Positions 10,208-20,189 of a stretch of DNA of 64,000 bases are shown here, in pieces. Under the pieces are notes generated by a model, which made no database searches, was not told where the DNA came from, and was given only the letters and a program-made list of their open reading frames with translations. Within the stretch, counting starts at the first letter, position 1, and every line of letters starts with the position of its first letter. Origin of the DNA: Lachnospiraceae bacterium UBA1748 (GTDB lineage: Bacteria > Bacillota > Clostridia > Lachnospirales > Lachnospiraceae). Where the stretch lies: assembly GCA_002314855.1 (NCBI GenBank), contig DCHQ01000039.1, positions 70,726 through 134,725 of the forward strand, read 5' to 3'. Both the position numbers and the translations under genes were made by a program.

Positions 10208-10318
10208 TTCGAAAATCAAACAATAATATATTGACAATCAAAGTATCTGGTTGTAGAATGCATTTTGTTGATGTTTGATTATCAAATTAATTTATTATCA
10301 AACTAATTGAAAGTCAAA
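10208..10318 (+). promoter_or_regulatory. fab operon promoter with five FabT-like operator boxes
   Basis: TTGACA (10231) - 17 nt - TAGAAT (10254). TTTGAnnnTCAAA-like boxes at 10208, 10230, 10274 (perfect), 10290 and 10306. Confidence 0.75.
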
Positions 10319-10363
10319 CTAATAAAGTAAAAAATATTTATATTAAGTAAGGAGATTACAACA

Positions 10364-10591
10364 ATGTTAGAAAGAGTAAAAGAGATTATCGAAGAGAAGC
10401 TTGGTTTAGACGGAGTAGAGATTAAGGCAGAGACATCTTTCAAGGATGATCTTGGTGTTGATTCACTTGACCTTTTCGAGCTTGTAATGGCACTTGAAGA
10501 TGAGTTTGGTACAGAGATTCCTTCTGAGGATCTTGAGCAGCTTACAACTGTTGGCGCTGTTGTAGAGTACATCGAGAACAAGAAGAACTAA
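10364..10591 (+). CDS. acpP: Acyl carrier protein
   Basis: DLGVDSLD phosphopantetheine site, acidic 75 aa, AAGGAG RBS. Confidence 0.97.
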   Translation: MLERVKEIIEEKLGLDGVEIKAETSFKDDLGVDSLDLFELVMALEDEFGTEIPSEDLEQLTTVGAVVEYIENKKN

Positions 10592-10653
10592 TTATTAGAT
10601 ATTAATAATAAAACACGAATAGTAAGTGTTAATGGTTGATTAGGTAGAAGATT

Positions 10654-11589
10654 ATGAAGACTAAAATAACAGAATTGTTAGGTATTGAATATCCAATCAT
10701 CCAAGGTGGTATGGCATGGGTGGCAGAGCATAAGCTTGCTGCCGCCGTGTCTAATGCCGGTGGACTTGGATTAATCGGTGCAGCATCAGCTCCACCAGAG
10801 ATAGTAAGAGAAGAAGCTAGAAAATGTAGAGAACTTACAGATAAGCCATTTGGTGTAAATATAATGCTTCTCAACCCTAATGCAGATGAAGTTGCAAAGA
10901 TGGTTGTTGAAGAAGGCGTGAAGGTAGTTACAACAGGTGCAGGTTCTCCTTCAAAATATATGAGCATGTGGAAAGAAGCAGGAGTTGTTGTTATTCCTGT
11001 AGTTGCAAGTGTTGCTATGGCTAAGATGATGGAAAGAGCTGGAGCAGACGCAGTAGTAGCAGAAGGAATGGAAAGTGGTGGACATATCGGTTCTACTACA
11101 ACTATGGCTCTTTTACCACAGGTTGTTGATGCAGTATCTATTCCAGTTATTGGAGCAGGTGGTATCGGTGATGGTAGAGGTTTTGCAGCAGCTTATATGC
11201 TTGGTGCAGAAGCAGTTCAGATGGGTACAAGATTTGTTGTGGCCAATGAATCTATAGTTCATGAGAACTATAAGAACAAGGTTGTTAAGGCATCAGATGT
11301 TGATTCTGAGGTAACAGGTTTATCAACAGGTCATCCAGTAAGATGTCTTAGAAATAAGATGACTAGAGAGTACTTAAAGCTTGAAAAAGAAGGCGCAGAG
11401 TTCATGGAACTTGAGAAACTTACACTTGGTACTCTTAGAAATGCAGTTATTGACGGTGATGTTGTTAACGGTACAGTTATGGCAGGTCAGATTGCAGGAC
11501 TTATTAAGAAGCAGCAGAGCTGTAAGGAAATGATTGAAGAAATCATGACTGAGGCTGAGGCTTTACTTGGTAATGGAGGAAGAAGATAA
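10654..11589 (+). CDS. fabK: Enoyl-ACP reductase II
   Basis: PIIQGGMAWV, EGMESGGHIG and MAGQIAG motifs, within fab cluster. Confidence 0.95.
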   Translation: MKTKITELLGIEYPIIQGGMAWVAEHKLAAAVSNAGGLGLIGAASAPPEIVREEARKCRELTDKPFGVNIMLLNPNADEVAKMVVEEGVKVVTTGAGSPSKYMSMWKEAGVVVIPVVASVAMAKMMERAGADAVVAEGMESGGHIGSTTTMALLPQVVDAVSIPVIGAGGIGDGRGFAAAYMLGAEAVQMGTRFVVANESIVHENYKNKVVKASDVDSEVTGLSTGHPVRCLRNKMTREYLKLEKEGAEFMELEKLTLGTLRNAVIDGDVVNGTVMAGQIAGLIKKQQSCKEMIEEIMTEAEALLGNGGRR

Positions 11590-12506
11590 TGGGCAAAATC
11601 GCATTCTTATTCCCAGGTCAGGGGGCTCAGGTTACTGGCATGGGTAAGGACTTTTACGATGAACTTGATTCAGCTAGAGAGATTTATGATATAGCAAGCA
11701 AGGCAACAGGAATAGATGTTGCTGACCTTTGCTTTAATCCTAATGACAATCTTAATATTACTGAATATACACAGATTGCATTACTTACTACTGAGGTTGC
11801 TATCTTACAGGTAATCAGAAATCTTGGTATCAAGCCTGATTATTGTGCAGGACTTAGTCTTGGTGAGTATGGTGCGTTAGCTGCAGCTGACGTTATGAGC
11901 AATGAAGATCTTTTCAAGGTTATCAGAAAGCGTGGCTTATATATGCAGGAAGCATATCCAGTTGGTGGTGCTATGATGGCTGTTCTTGGTCTTGATGCTG
12001 AGACAATTAAGGAAGCTTGCGATTCAATTGATGGAGTAGTATCTATCGCTAATGACAACTGTCCAGGACAGATTGTTATCACAGGTGAAGAGAAGGCAGT
12101 AGCTGCAGCAGGAGAATTACTTAGCTCTAAGGGTGCTAAGAGATGTATCCCACTTAAGGTTAGTGGACCATTCCACTCAGCATTACTCGAGGGAGCAGGC
12201 AAGCAGCTTGCTGACGTACTTAAGGATGTTGAGGTTAAGGATCCAACAGTACCTTATATCTGTAATGTTGAAGCAGATGTTGTAAATAGTAAGGATAACA
12301 TCAAGGAGCTTCTTGCTAAGCAGGTATCAAGCCCAGTTAGATTTAGAGAAAGTATATTAAAGCTTAAGGAACTTGGTGTTACTACATTTGTTGAAATTGG
12401 ACCAGGCAAGACACTGGCTGGTTTCATTAAGAAGACAGACAAGGACCTTACAGTAATTAATGTTGAGAAGATAGAAGACCTCGGCAAGTTAACTGCTACG
12501 GTCTAG
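11589..12506 (+). CDS. fabD: Malonyl-CoA:ACP transacylase
   Basis: FPGQGAQ, GLSLGEY and VSGPFHS motifs. Confidence 0.97.
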   Translation: MGKIAFLFPGQGAQVTGMGKDFYDELDSAREIYDIASKATGIDVADLCFNPNDNLNITEYTQIALLTTEVAILQVIRNLGIKPDYCAGLSLGEYGALAAADVMSNEDLFKVIRKRGLYMQEAYPVGGAMMAVLGLDAETIKEACDSIDGVVSIANDNCPGQIVITGEEKAVAAAGELLSSKGAKRCIPLKVSGPFHSALLEGAGKQLADVLKDVEVKDPTVPYICNVEADVVNSKDNIKELLAKQVSSPVRFRESILKLKELGVTTFVEIGPGKTLAGFIKKTDKDLTVINVEKIEDLGKLTATV

Positions 12507-12524
12507 GAAATTAAGGAGAAAGAG

Positions 12525-13280
12525 ATGTTTGACAGCAAAACATTAGACGGCAAGATTGCGTTAGTTACAGGTGCCAGCCGTGGTATTGGTAGAGGTATCG
12601 CACTTGCTCTTGCAGGTTGTGGCGCCACTGTACTAGTTAACTACAACGGTTCTAAGGAACGTGCTGAGCAGGTTGTAGCTGAGATAGCTAATATGGGTGG
12701 TCAGGCTGAAGTAATTGGTTGCAATGTATCAGACTACGCAGCATGCGAACAGATGGTTAAAGAAGTAATCGAGAAGTATGGCAAGGTTGATATCCTTGTT
12801 AACAACGCAGGCATTACAAGAGACAATCTTATAATGCGTATGAGTGAACAGGATTATGATGATGTTCTTAACACAAATCTTAAGGGAGCTTTCAATACTA
12901 TGAAGCATCTTACTAGACACTTCCTTAAGAACAAGAGCGGAAAGATTATCAATATTTCATCAGTATCAGGTGTAATGGGTAACGCAGGTCAGGCCAATTA
13001 TTCAGCATCTAAAGCAGGTCTTATTGGACTTACAAAGAGTATTGCTAGAGAACTCTCAAGCAGAGGTATCTGCGTTAATGCAGTAGCTCCTGGTTTCATA
13101 GAGACAGAGATGACTAAGGCAATGCCTAAAAGCGTATTAGAAGGTGCTAAGGGAAGTATCCCACTTGGAAGAATTGGTGCTGTAGATGATATTGCGAACA
13201 CAGTATTATTCCTTGCTAGTGATTATGCCAACTATATAACAGGTCAGGTTGTATGTGTTGACGGTGGTATGTCAATATAA
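12525..13280 (+). CDS. fabG: 3-oxoacyl-ACP reductase
   Basis: [16 protein letters not shown] and NYSASKAG motifs. Confidence 0.97.
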   Translation: MFDSKTLDGKIALVTGASRGIGRGIALALAGCGATVLVNYNGSKERAEQVVAEIANMGGQAEVIGCNVSDYAACEQMVKEVIEKYGKVDILVNNAGITRDNLIMRMSEQDYDDVLNTNLKGAFNTMKHLTRHFLKNKSGKIINISSVSGVMGNAGQANYSASKAGLIGLTKSIARELSSRGICVNAVAPGFIETEMTKAMPKSVLEGAKGSIPLGRIGAVDDIANTVLFLASDYANYITGQVVCVDGGMSI

Positions 13281-13291
13281 GGAGATAACTT

Positions 13292-14527
13292 ATGAAGAAA
13301 AGAGTAGTAGTAACAGGTTTAGGAGCAATTACTCCTATCGGTAATGGTGTTGAGAATTTTTGGAAGGCTGTTAAAGATGAGCAGATAGGTTTTGCTCCTA
13401 TTTCAAAATTCGATACAACTGATTTTAAGGTTAAGATTGCAGCAGAGGTTAAGGATTTCCATGCAGAAGATTATATGGATAAGAAGGCTGCTAGAAGAAT
13501 GGAACTTTTCTGCCAGTATGCAATAGCGGCTGCTAAGGAAGCTATGGAAGATGCTGGTATCAATATGGAGTCTGAGGATCCATATAGAGTAGGTGTTTCT
13601 GTAGGTAGTGGTGTTGGTGCCCTTCAGGCTTATGAGAAGGAAATCACAACACTTAACACAAAGGGAAGTTCTCGTGTTAGTCCTATGTTTGTTCCTCTTG
13701 CAATCACTAATATGGCTGCTGGTAATATCAGTATCGCATTTGGTGCTAAGGGCAAGAATATCAATGTTGTAACAGCATGTGCTACAGGTACTAACTCAAT
13801 TGGTGAAGCATTTAGAACAATTGCATATGGTGATGCAGATGTGATGCTTGCAGGTGGTACAGAAGCCAGTGTATGTCCAATCGGTATTGCAGGATTTACT
13901 GCTCTTACAGCATTATCTACCAGCGAAGATCCAGCAAGATGTTCTATTCCTTTTGATAAGGACAGAAGCGGATTCGTAATGGGTGAAGGTGCTGGTGTAG
14001 TAATCCTTGAAGAGCTTGAGCATGCTAAGAAGCGTGGCGCTAAGATTTACGCTGAGGTACTTGGTTATGGATGTTCAGCTGATGCTTTCCATATCACTTC
14101 TCCAGCAGAGGATGGCTCAGGTGCAGCAAGAGCAATGCTTAACGCAGTAGAAGATGCAGGAATCGATAAGAACGCACTTACATATATCAATGCACATGGT
14201 ACAAGTACACATCATAACGACTTATTTGAGACTAGAGCAATCAAGCTTGCATTTGGTGATCATGCCAAGGATATTAAGGTTAACTCAACAAAGTCTATGG
14301 TAGGACACTTACTTGGTGCTGCAGGTGCAGTTGAGTTTGTTACATGTGTTAAGACTGTTGAAGAAGGATTTATTCATAGAACAGTTGGTCTTCAGGAGAC
14401 AGAAGAAGAACTTGATCTTAACTACTGTAAGACAAGCTTTACTGAGGATGTTCCTTATGCATTATCCAACTCACTTGGTTTTGGTGGACACAATGCCAGC
14501 ATTCTTATTGGTAAGTACAGCGAATAA
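13292..14527 (+). CDS. fabF: 3-oxoacyl-ACP synthase II
   Basis: [21 protein letters not shown] and [10 protein letters not shown] motifs. Confidence 0.97.
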   Translation: MKKRVVVTGLGAITPIGNGVENFWKAVKDEQIGFAPISKFDTTDFKVKIAAEVKDFHAEDYMDKKAARRMELFCQYAIAAAKEAMEDAGINMESEDPYRVGVSVGSGVGALQAYEKEITTLNTKGSSRVSPMFVPLAITNMAAGNISIAFGAKGKNINVVTACATGTNSIGEAFRTIAYGDADVMLAGGTEASVCPIGIAGFTALTALSTSEDPARCSIPFDKDRSGFVMGEGAGVVILEELEHAKKRGAKIYAEVLGYGCSADAFHITSPAEDGSGAARAMLNAVEDAGIDKNALTYINAHGTSTHHNDLFETRAIKLAFGDHAKDIKVNSTKSMVGHLLGAAGAVEFVTCVKTVEEGFIHRTVGLQETEEELDLNYCKTSFTEDVPYALSNSLGFGGHNASILIGKYSE

Positions 14528-14541
14528 CTAGAGGTAGAACA

Positions 14542-14970
14542 ATGTCAGTTTATACAACAAAGGAGATTATGGATATTATTCCTCACAGATCTCCATTCCT
14601 TTTAATCGATACAATAGAAGAATTAGAAGTTGGCGTTCGTGCAGTTGGTAAGAAATGTGTAAGCATGAACGAGCCATATTTCACAGGACATTTTCCAGGA
14701 AATCCTGTTATGCCTGGTGTGCTTATTATTGAGGCACTTGCTCAGGTTGGAGCAGTTGCTATGCTTTCAATGCCAGAAATCGCTGGTAAGACAGCTTATT
14801 TTGCAGGCATCGACAAGGCAAGATTCCGTCAGAAGGTTGTTCCAGGTGATGTTCTTATGCTTGAAACAAGCATTATTAAGGTTAAGGGACCTATAGGTAT
14901 AGGCAAGGCCGTAGCAACAGTTGATGGTAAGAAGGTCTGCGAAGCAGAACTTACATTTGCCATTGGTTAG
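14542..14970 (+). CDS. fabZ: 3-hydroxyacyl-ACP dehydratase
   Basis: [11 protein letters not shown] and [20 protein letters not shown] motifs. Confidence 0.97.
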   Translation: MSVYTTKEIMDIIPHRSPFLLIDTIEELEVGVRAVGKKCVSMNEPYFTGHFPGNPVMPGVLIIEALAQVGAVAMLSMPEIAGKTAYFAGIDKARFRQKVVPGDVLMLETSIIKVKGPIGIGKAVATVDGKKVCEAELTFAIG

Positions 14971-15016
14971 TTTGCGGAGTAGATAATTCTATATTTGATT
15001 AGTGGTAGGTACTAAA

Positions 15017-16831
15017 ATGAAAGTTTTTAACGGTTTACACAGATTTAGAAGAATTAATAGAAACGTTATAGATACCGAAAAGAAGACTAGTGTTAAGAAG
15101 ATTGACGTTTCATTTGGTATTCAGGATGTAGTAAAGGAGGCCGCTTCTGAGAAGACAGAGGCACCTGCTAATGCAAAAGTCGAAGAAAAAACAGACAACA
15201 CATCTATCAAGTGCCCTAAGTGTGGCAAGATGGTGAACCGTGCCCGTGTTGTTAAGCAGAAATATGTATGCTACGAGTGCGGCGGATATTTTAGAGTTAA
15301 AGCCAACAATCGTATTAATATGATTGCTGACCCTAAGACCTTTAAGCCATGGTTCGAAGGGCTTACTAATGACAATCCTTTATCTTTTGAAGGATACGAA
15401 GAGAAGCTTGCCAAGGTTAAGGCTGATACAGGTCTTGATGAAGCAGTTACAATCGGTAAGTGTAAAGTATTTGGTGAGGAAATCGTTCTTGGTGTATGTG
15501 ATTCAAGATTCCTTATGAGTAGTATGGGTCATGTAGTAGGTGAGAAGATTACTTTATCAATTGAGCGTGCCATCGAGGAGAAACTTCCAGTATTTTTGTT
15601 CTGTTGTTCAGGTGGAGCAAGAATGCAGGAAGGAATCGTATCTCTTATGCAAATGGCTAAGACTTCGGCAGCCATTGAAAAGCTTGGAGAGGCAGGTTTA
15701 TTATACTGTCCTATTCTTACTGATCCAACAACAGGTGGTGTAACAGCCAGCTTTGCAATGCTTGGTGACGTTATTATGGCTGAGCCAGGTGCACTTATTG
15801 GTTTTGCTGGTCCACGAGTTATCAGACAGACAATTGGCCAGGAACTTCCAGAAGGATTCCAGACAGCTGAGTTTTTAGTTGAGCATGGTATTATCGATGG
15901 TATTGTTAAGAGACAGAACCTTAAGAAGACCATTTACTTCTTAGTAAAGGCTCATCAGAACAAGGCAGGTAATTATGCGAAGTTCGGTGATATTGATTAC
16001 AAGAGTGTTGTTTCAGAGCTTGTACGTGAGAAGGCTCACTATGCAGCTGAGAAGACAGCATGGGAGAAGATTAAGGCAGTAAGAAGCGTAAGCAGAGCTA
16101 GCTCTCTTGATTATATTGAAACAATATTTGATCAGTTTGTAGAAGCTCATGGTGATAGAGCGTTCCGCGATGATCCAGCTATTATTGGTGGTATCGGTTT
16201 TATTGGCAGTCAGCCAGTTACTGTTATCGCTGGCCATAAGGGTAGGGATCTTCAGGAGTGTAAGGAACGTAACTATGGTATGCCTATGCCAGAAGGTTAT
16301 CGTAAGGCTCTCCGTCTTATGAAACAGGCTGAGAAATTTAACAGACCAATAGTATGTTTTGTTAATACACCAGGTGCATTCCCAGGTATTGAAGCCGAGG
16401 AGCGTGGTATGGGTGAGTCAATCGCCCGTAACCTCAAGGAGATGTCAGCACTTAAGGTACCAGTACTCTGTATTCTTATAGGAGAAGGAGGTAGTGGTGG
16501 TGCTCTTGCAACAGCTGTTGGTAATGAAGTGTGGATGCTTGAGGATGCTACATATTCTATTCTTTCGCCAGAAGGATTTGCTTCTATTCTTTGGAAGGAC
16601 GGTTCAAGAGCAGAGGAAGCCAGTGGAATCATGAAGATAACAGCAGGCGACCTTAAGGAGCTTAAGGTTATTGAGCAGATAATTCCAGAGTTTGGCGGTG
16701 CTGATGATAGCACTAAGACAGCTATAGGAAGTACACTTCGTGAGAAGATATGCGAGTTCCTTAAGAAGTACGATGGTATGAAGCCAGAGGCTATTAAGGA
16801 AGAGCGTTACGAAAGATTTAGAAAGTTCTAG
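15017..16831 (+). CDS. accDA: Fused acetyl-CoA carboxylase carboxyltransferase beta-alpha (AccD-AccA)
   Basis: Zn ribbon CPKC...[13 protein letters not shown] and [11 protein letters not shown] (AccD). GYRKALR and GEGGSGGAL (AccA). One continuous ORF. Confidence 0.95.
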   Translation: MKVFNGLHRFRRINRNVIDTEKKTSVKKIDVSFGIQDVVKEAASEKTEAPANAKVEEKTDNTSIKCPKCGKMVNRARVVKQKYVCYECGGYFRVKANNRINMIADPKTFKPWFEGLTNDNPLSFEGYEEKLAKVKADTGLDEAVTIGKCKVFGEEIVLGVCDSRFLMSSMGHVVGEKITLSIERAIEEKLPVFLFCCSGGARMQEGIVSLMQMAKTSAAIEKLGEAGLLYCPILTDPTTGGVTASFAMLGDVIMAEPGALIGFAGPRVIRQTIGQELPEGFQTAEFLVEHGIIDGIVKRQNLKKTIYFLVKAHQNKAGNYAKFGDIDYKSVVSELVREKAHYAAEKTAWEKIKAVRSVSRASSLDYIETIFDQFVEAHGDRAFRDDPAIIGGIGFIGSQPVTVIAGHKGRDLQECKERNYGMPMPEGYRKALRLMKQAEKFNRPIVCFVNTPGAFPGIEAEERGMGESIARNLKEMSALKVPVLCILIGEGGSGGALATAVGNEVWMLEDATYSILSPEGFASILWKDGSRAEEASGIMKITAGDLKELKVIEQIIPEFGGADDSTKTAIGSTLREKICEFLKKYDGMKPEAIKEERYERFRKF

Positions 16832-16852
16832 GATTAGTAAGGATTTATTAGG

Positions 16853-17905
16853 ATGAGTGAAAATAGATTGATAATAGGTGATCTTGTTGCCGGAGTTCCA
16901 GTTGTCCAGGGCGGTATGGGAGTTGGCGTAAGCCTTTCAGGACTGGCCAGCGCTGTGGCTAGAGCAGGAGGAATAGGCGTTATTTCAACTGCGCAGATAG
17001 GCTTTAAAGATCCGAACTTTAATAATGCTCCTATTGAGTGCAACTTAAAGGCTATTAAGACTGAAATAGAAAAAGCAAAGAGTATGGCTGAAGGTGGAAT
17101 CATAGGCGTCAATATTATGGTGGCTACCAAGCGTTATGAGGATTATGTACGCGCAGCAGCCTCAGCTGGAGTTGATATCATAATTTCAGGAGCTGGTCTT
17201 CCTATGAATCTTCCAGAATTAGTAGAGGGAAGTAATGTAAAGATAGCCCCTATTGTATCTAGTCGAAAAGCACTTGATGTTCTTACTAAGTACTGGTTAA
17301 AGAAATATAACAAGCTTCCGGATATGGTAGTAATAGAGGGACCACGTGCTGGTGGCCATCTTGGATTTACCAGAGAGGAGTTAGATGAGTTTACTGTGGA
17401 AAGCTATGATGCTGAGATAGTAAACATCATAGAAGGAGTTTGCAATCTTGGTGATACTAATGGTGTACATATCCCTGTTGTAGTAGCAGGTGGTGTATAT
17501 ACAAGGGATGACCTTGAGCATTACAAGGCACTTGGTGCCGATGGCGTACAGATGGCTACAAGATTTGTTACAACTGTGGAGTGTGATGCCAGTGATGCTT
17601 ATAAGCAGACTTATATTAATGCTAGCGAAGAAGATATTGTGATTATTAAGAGTCCAGTTGGTATGCCAGGACGAGCTATTCACAATGCATTTGTTGATAG
17701 AGTTGCAAGTGGTGAGCGTTTTATGAAAGGCTGCAGACAGTGTGTTAAGACCTGTAACCCAGCTACAACACCATTTTGTATTACAGAAGCTCTTATTAAT
17801 GCAGTAGAGGGTAGAGTTGATGAGGGTTTACTTTTCTGTGGTACCAACGCATACAGGGCTAACAAGATTGAAACCGTGGCTGATATTATGGAGGAATTTG
17901 CATAA
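16853..17905 (+). CDS. Nitronate-monooxygenase/FabK-superfamily flavoprotein with C-terminal Cys cluster (FabX-like)
   Basis: QGGMGVGVS, EGPRAGGHLG, SPVGMPGRA and CxxCxxxC-x7-C (CRQCVKTCNPATTPFC) motifs. Confidence 0.8.
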   Translation: MSENRLIIGDLVAGVPVVQGGMGVGVSLSGLASAVARAGGIGVISTAQIGFKDPNFNNAPIECNLKAIKTEIEKAKSMAEGGIIGVNIMVATKRYEDYVRAAASAGVDIIISGAGLPMNLPELVEGSNVKIAPIVSSRKALDVLTKYWLKKYNKLPDMVVIEGPRAGGHLGFTREELDEFTVESYDAEIVNIIEGVCNLGDTNGVHIPVVVAGGVYTRDDLEHYKALGADGVQMATRFVTTVECDASDAYKQTYINASEEDIVIIKSPVGMPGRAIHNAFVDRVASGERFMKGCRQCVKTCNPATTPFCITEALINAVEGRVDEGLLFCGTNAYRANKIETVADIMEEFA

Positions 17906-18873
17906 TGAATATGCATATATTAGGTACAGGAAGCGCACTTCCTAGTACTGTAGTTACTAACGATGATTTGACAAAATATATGGAAACATCAGATGAATGG
18001 ATAAGAGAGCGTACAGGTATCGGTAGCAGACATCTTTCAACTGGTGAGACAGTTGCTTCACTTGCAATCGAGGCTTGTAACAAGGCTCTTGAGAATGCAG
18101 GTAAAAAGGCTGAGGATGTTGAGCTTATTCTTGTAGCAACATGTTCACCTGAAATGATGCTTCCTTGCTGTGCTTGTCAGGTTCAGGCTGGTATAGGTGC
18201 AAGTAAGGCAGTAGCTTTTGATGTTAATGCAGCCTGCGCAGGATTTTTATTCTCACTTAATACTGCTTACTCTTACCTTAAGAGTGGTATGTATAAAAAT
18301 GCACTTGTAGTAGGTGCAGAGGTTCTATCCAAGATTATGGACTGGGAAGATAGAACTACATGTATCCTTTTTGGTGATGGAGCAGGTGCTGTTTATGTTG
18401 AAGCAGCTGAGGATGAAGAAGATACATACTCTTTCGTACAGCATTCTGATGGTGTGAAAGGTATGGTTCTTAAGTGTGGAACAAGAGATCTTAACAATCC
18501 ATTATACAAGGGTGAAGAGCAGAGCAAGTTTGTATGGATGGATGGCCGTGAGATATTCAAGTTTGCAGTTGGTCAGATTCCAGTTTGCATTAATGAAGCA
18601 ATGGACAAGGCTGGATTAACTAAGGACAATATTGATCTATTCATTCTTCATCAGGCTAATAAGCGTATAATCAGTTCTATTGCCAAGAGAATGGAGCTTC
18701 CTGAGGATAGATTCCCTACTAATGTTGAGCGTGTTGGTAACATGTCATCAGCTGCTATTCCAGTACTCCTTGATGAGTGCAATAGAAATGGCCAGTTAAA
18801 GAAGGGCATGCGCCTTGTTCTTTCAGGATTTGGTGCAGGACTTACATTTGGTGCATCAATTTTTTCATGGTAG
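17905..18873 (+). CDS. fabH: 3-oxoacyl-ACP synthase III
   Basis: AACAGF, LFGDGAGA, HQAN, GNMSSA and GFGAGLT motifs. Confidence 0.97.
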   Translation: MNMHILGTGSALPSTVVTNDDLTKYMETSDEWIRERTGIGSRHLSTGETVASLAIEACNKALENAGKKAEDVELILVATCSPEMMLPCCACQVQAGIGASKAVAFDVNAACAGFLFSLNTAYSYLKSGMYKNALVVGAEVLSKIMDWEDRTTCILFGDGAGAVYVEAAEDEEDTYSFVQHSDGVKGMVLKCGTRDLNNPLYKGEEQSKFVWMDGREIFKFAVGQIPVCINEAMDKAGLTKDNIDLFILHQANKRIISSIAKRMELPEDRFPTNVERVGNMSSAAIPVLLDECNRNGQLKKGMRLVLSGFGAGLTFGASIFSW

Positions 18874-18964
18874 ATATTATTGTAACGATGCTATATAATT
18901 AACATAACAGTATATTCAGTTTCGTTTCAACAATAAAGAGTTTATGTTATAGAAAGAGGAACAT

Positions 18965-19402
18965 ATGTCAGAATCGACTAGAGGCCTTAATGAAATGCTT
19001 GTGAGCCTTTTCAACCATGTTATGGATGTGGAGTCGCAGGCTGTTATAACAGAAGAATATAAGGATATTACCAATAACGATATGCATGTTATCGAAGCAG
19101 TTGGAGTTGGTGAAAAGCGTAAGATGTCTGAAGTGGCTAAGAGACTTTCAGTTACTCAGGGAACACTCACAATCAATGTTACTGCCCTTGAGAATAAGGG
19201 TTATGTGGTAAGAGAGAGAAGTGAGAAGGACAAGAGAGTAGTGTATGTTACACTTACTGAGAGAGGACGTAAGGCATTTTATCATCATAGAGATTTCCAT
19301 AAGAATATGATTAGATCAGTTGTTGGCGATCTTGATGATGACGAGAAGAGACTGCTTTATAAGTGCCTTAAGAAGCTGGATGCTTTCTTTAGTCCAGAAT
19401 AA
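18965..19402 (+). CDS. fabT: MarR-family fatty-acid synthesis repressor (FabT-like)
   Basis: DITNNDMHVIEA, VTQGTLT, DKRVV and HRDFH motifs, at the end of the fab cluster. Confidence 0.85.
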   Translation: MSESTRGLNEMLVSLFNHVMDVESQAVITEEYKDITNNDMHVIEAVGVGEKRKMSEVAKRLSVTQGTLTINVTALENKGYVVRERSEKDKRVVYVTLTERGRKAFYHHRDFHKNMIRSVVGDLDDDEKRLLYKCLKKLDAFFSPE

Positions 19403-19500
19403 GAGACTGAATAAAATAAGGACAATTAGTTGTATTTAAGGGGTGATATATTATATAATGTGTCGACCCCTTTTAATATTTAAGAATGGAGATATTGATT

Positions 19501-20103
19501 ATGTATATTACATGTTTAGACCTTGAAGGCGTATTAGTACCAGAGATTTGGATCGCATTTGCTGAGGCAAGTGGTATTCCAGAGCTTAAGAAGACAACAA
19601 GAGATGAGCCTGATTATGACAAGCTTATGAAGTGGAGAATAGGAGTTCTTAAGGAGCATGGACTTGGTCTTAAGGAAATTCAGGATACAATTGCTAAGAT
19701 TGATCCATTAGAGGGTGCTAAGGAGTTCCTCGATGAACTTAGAAGCATCGGACAGGTAATCATCATTTCTGATACATTTGCAGAATTTGCAACACCACTT
19801 ATGAAGAAGCTTGGCTGGCCAACAATTATGTGTAACTCTCTTGAGGTAGCTGATAACGGCGAAATCACTGGCTTCAAGATGCGTTGTGAGAAATCTAAGC
19901 TTACAACAGTTAAGGCTCTTCAGTCCATTGGATATGAGACAATTGCAAGTGGCGATAGCTACAATGATCTTGCTATGATCCAGGCTAGTAAAGCAGGTTT
20001 CTTATTCCGCTCTACAGACAAGATTAAGGCTGATTATCCAGAGCTTCCTGCATACGAGAGCTATGATGAGCTTCTCGCAGCAATCAAGGCAGCTATGAAC
20101 TAG
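19501..20103 (+). CDS. thrH: Phosphoserine phosphatase / homoserine phosphotransferase (HAD)
   Basis: CLDLEGVLVPEIW, TTRDEPDYD and GDSYND motifs. Confidence 0.93.
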   Translation: MYITCLDLEGVLVPEIWIAFAEASGIPELKKTTRDEPDYDKLMKWRIGVLKEHGLGLKEIQDTIAKIDPLEGAKEFLDELRSIGQVIIISDTFAEFATPLMKKLGWPTIMCNSLEVADNGEITGFKMRCEKSKLTTVKALQSIGYETIASGDSYNDLAMIQASKAGFLFRSTDKIKADYPELPAYESYDELLAAIKAAMN

Positions 20104-20125
20104 TTAATTGGTATATATAAAGCGT

Positions 20126-20159
20126 AAAAAAATCCCTCTGGCTTACCAGAGGGATTTTT
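20126..20159. terminator. Bidirectional terminator between convergent genes
   Basis: AAAAAAATCCCTCTGG-ctta-CCAGAGGGATTTTT. Confidence 0.85.
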
Positions 20160-20189
20160 GATTGGTTTTGTATTTGGTATTGAACCCGA

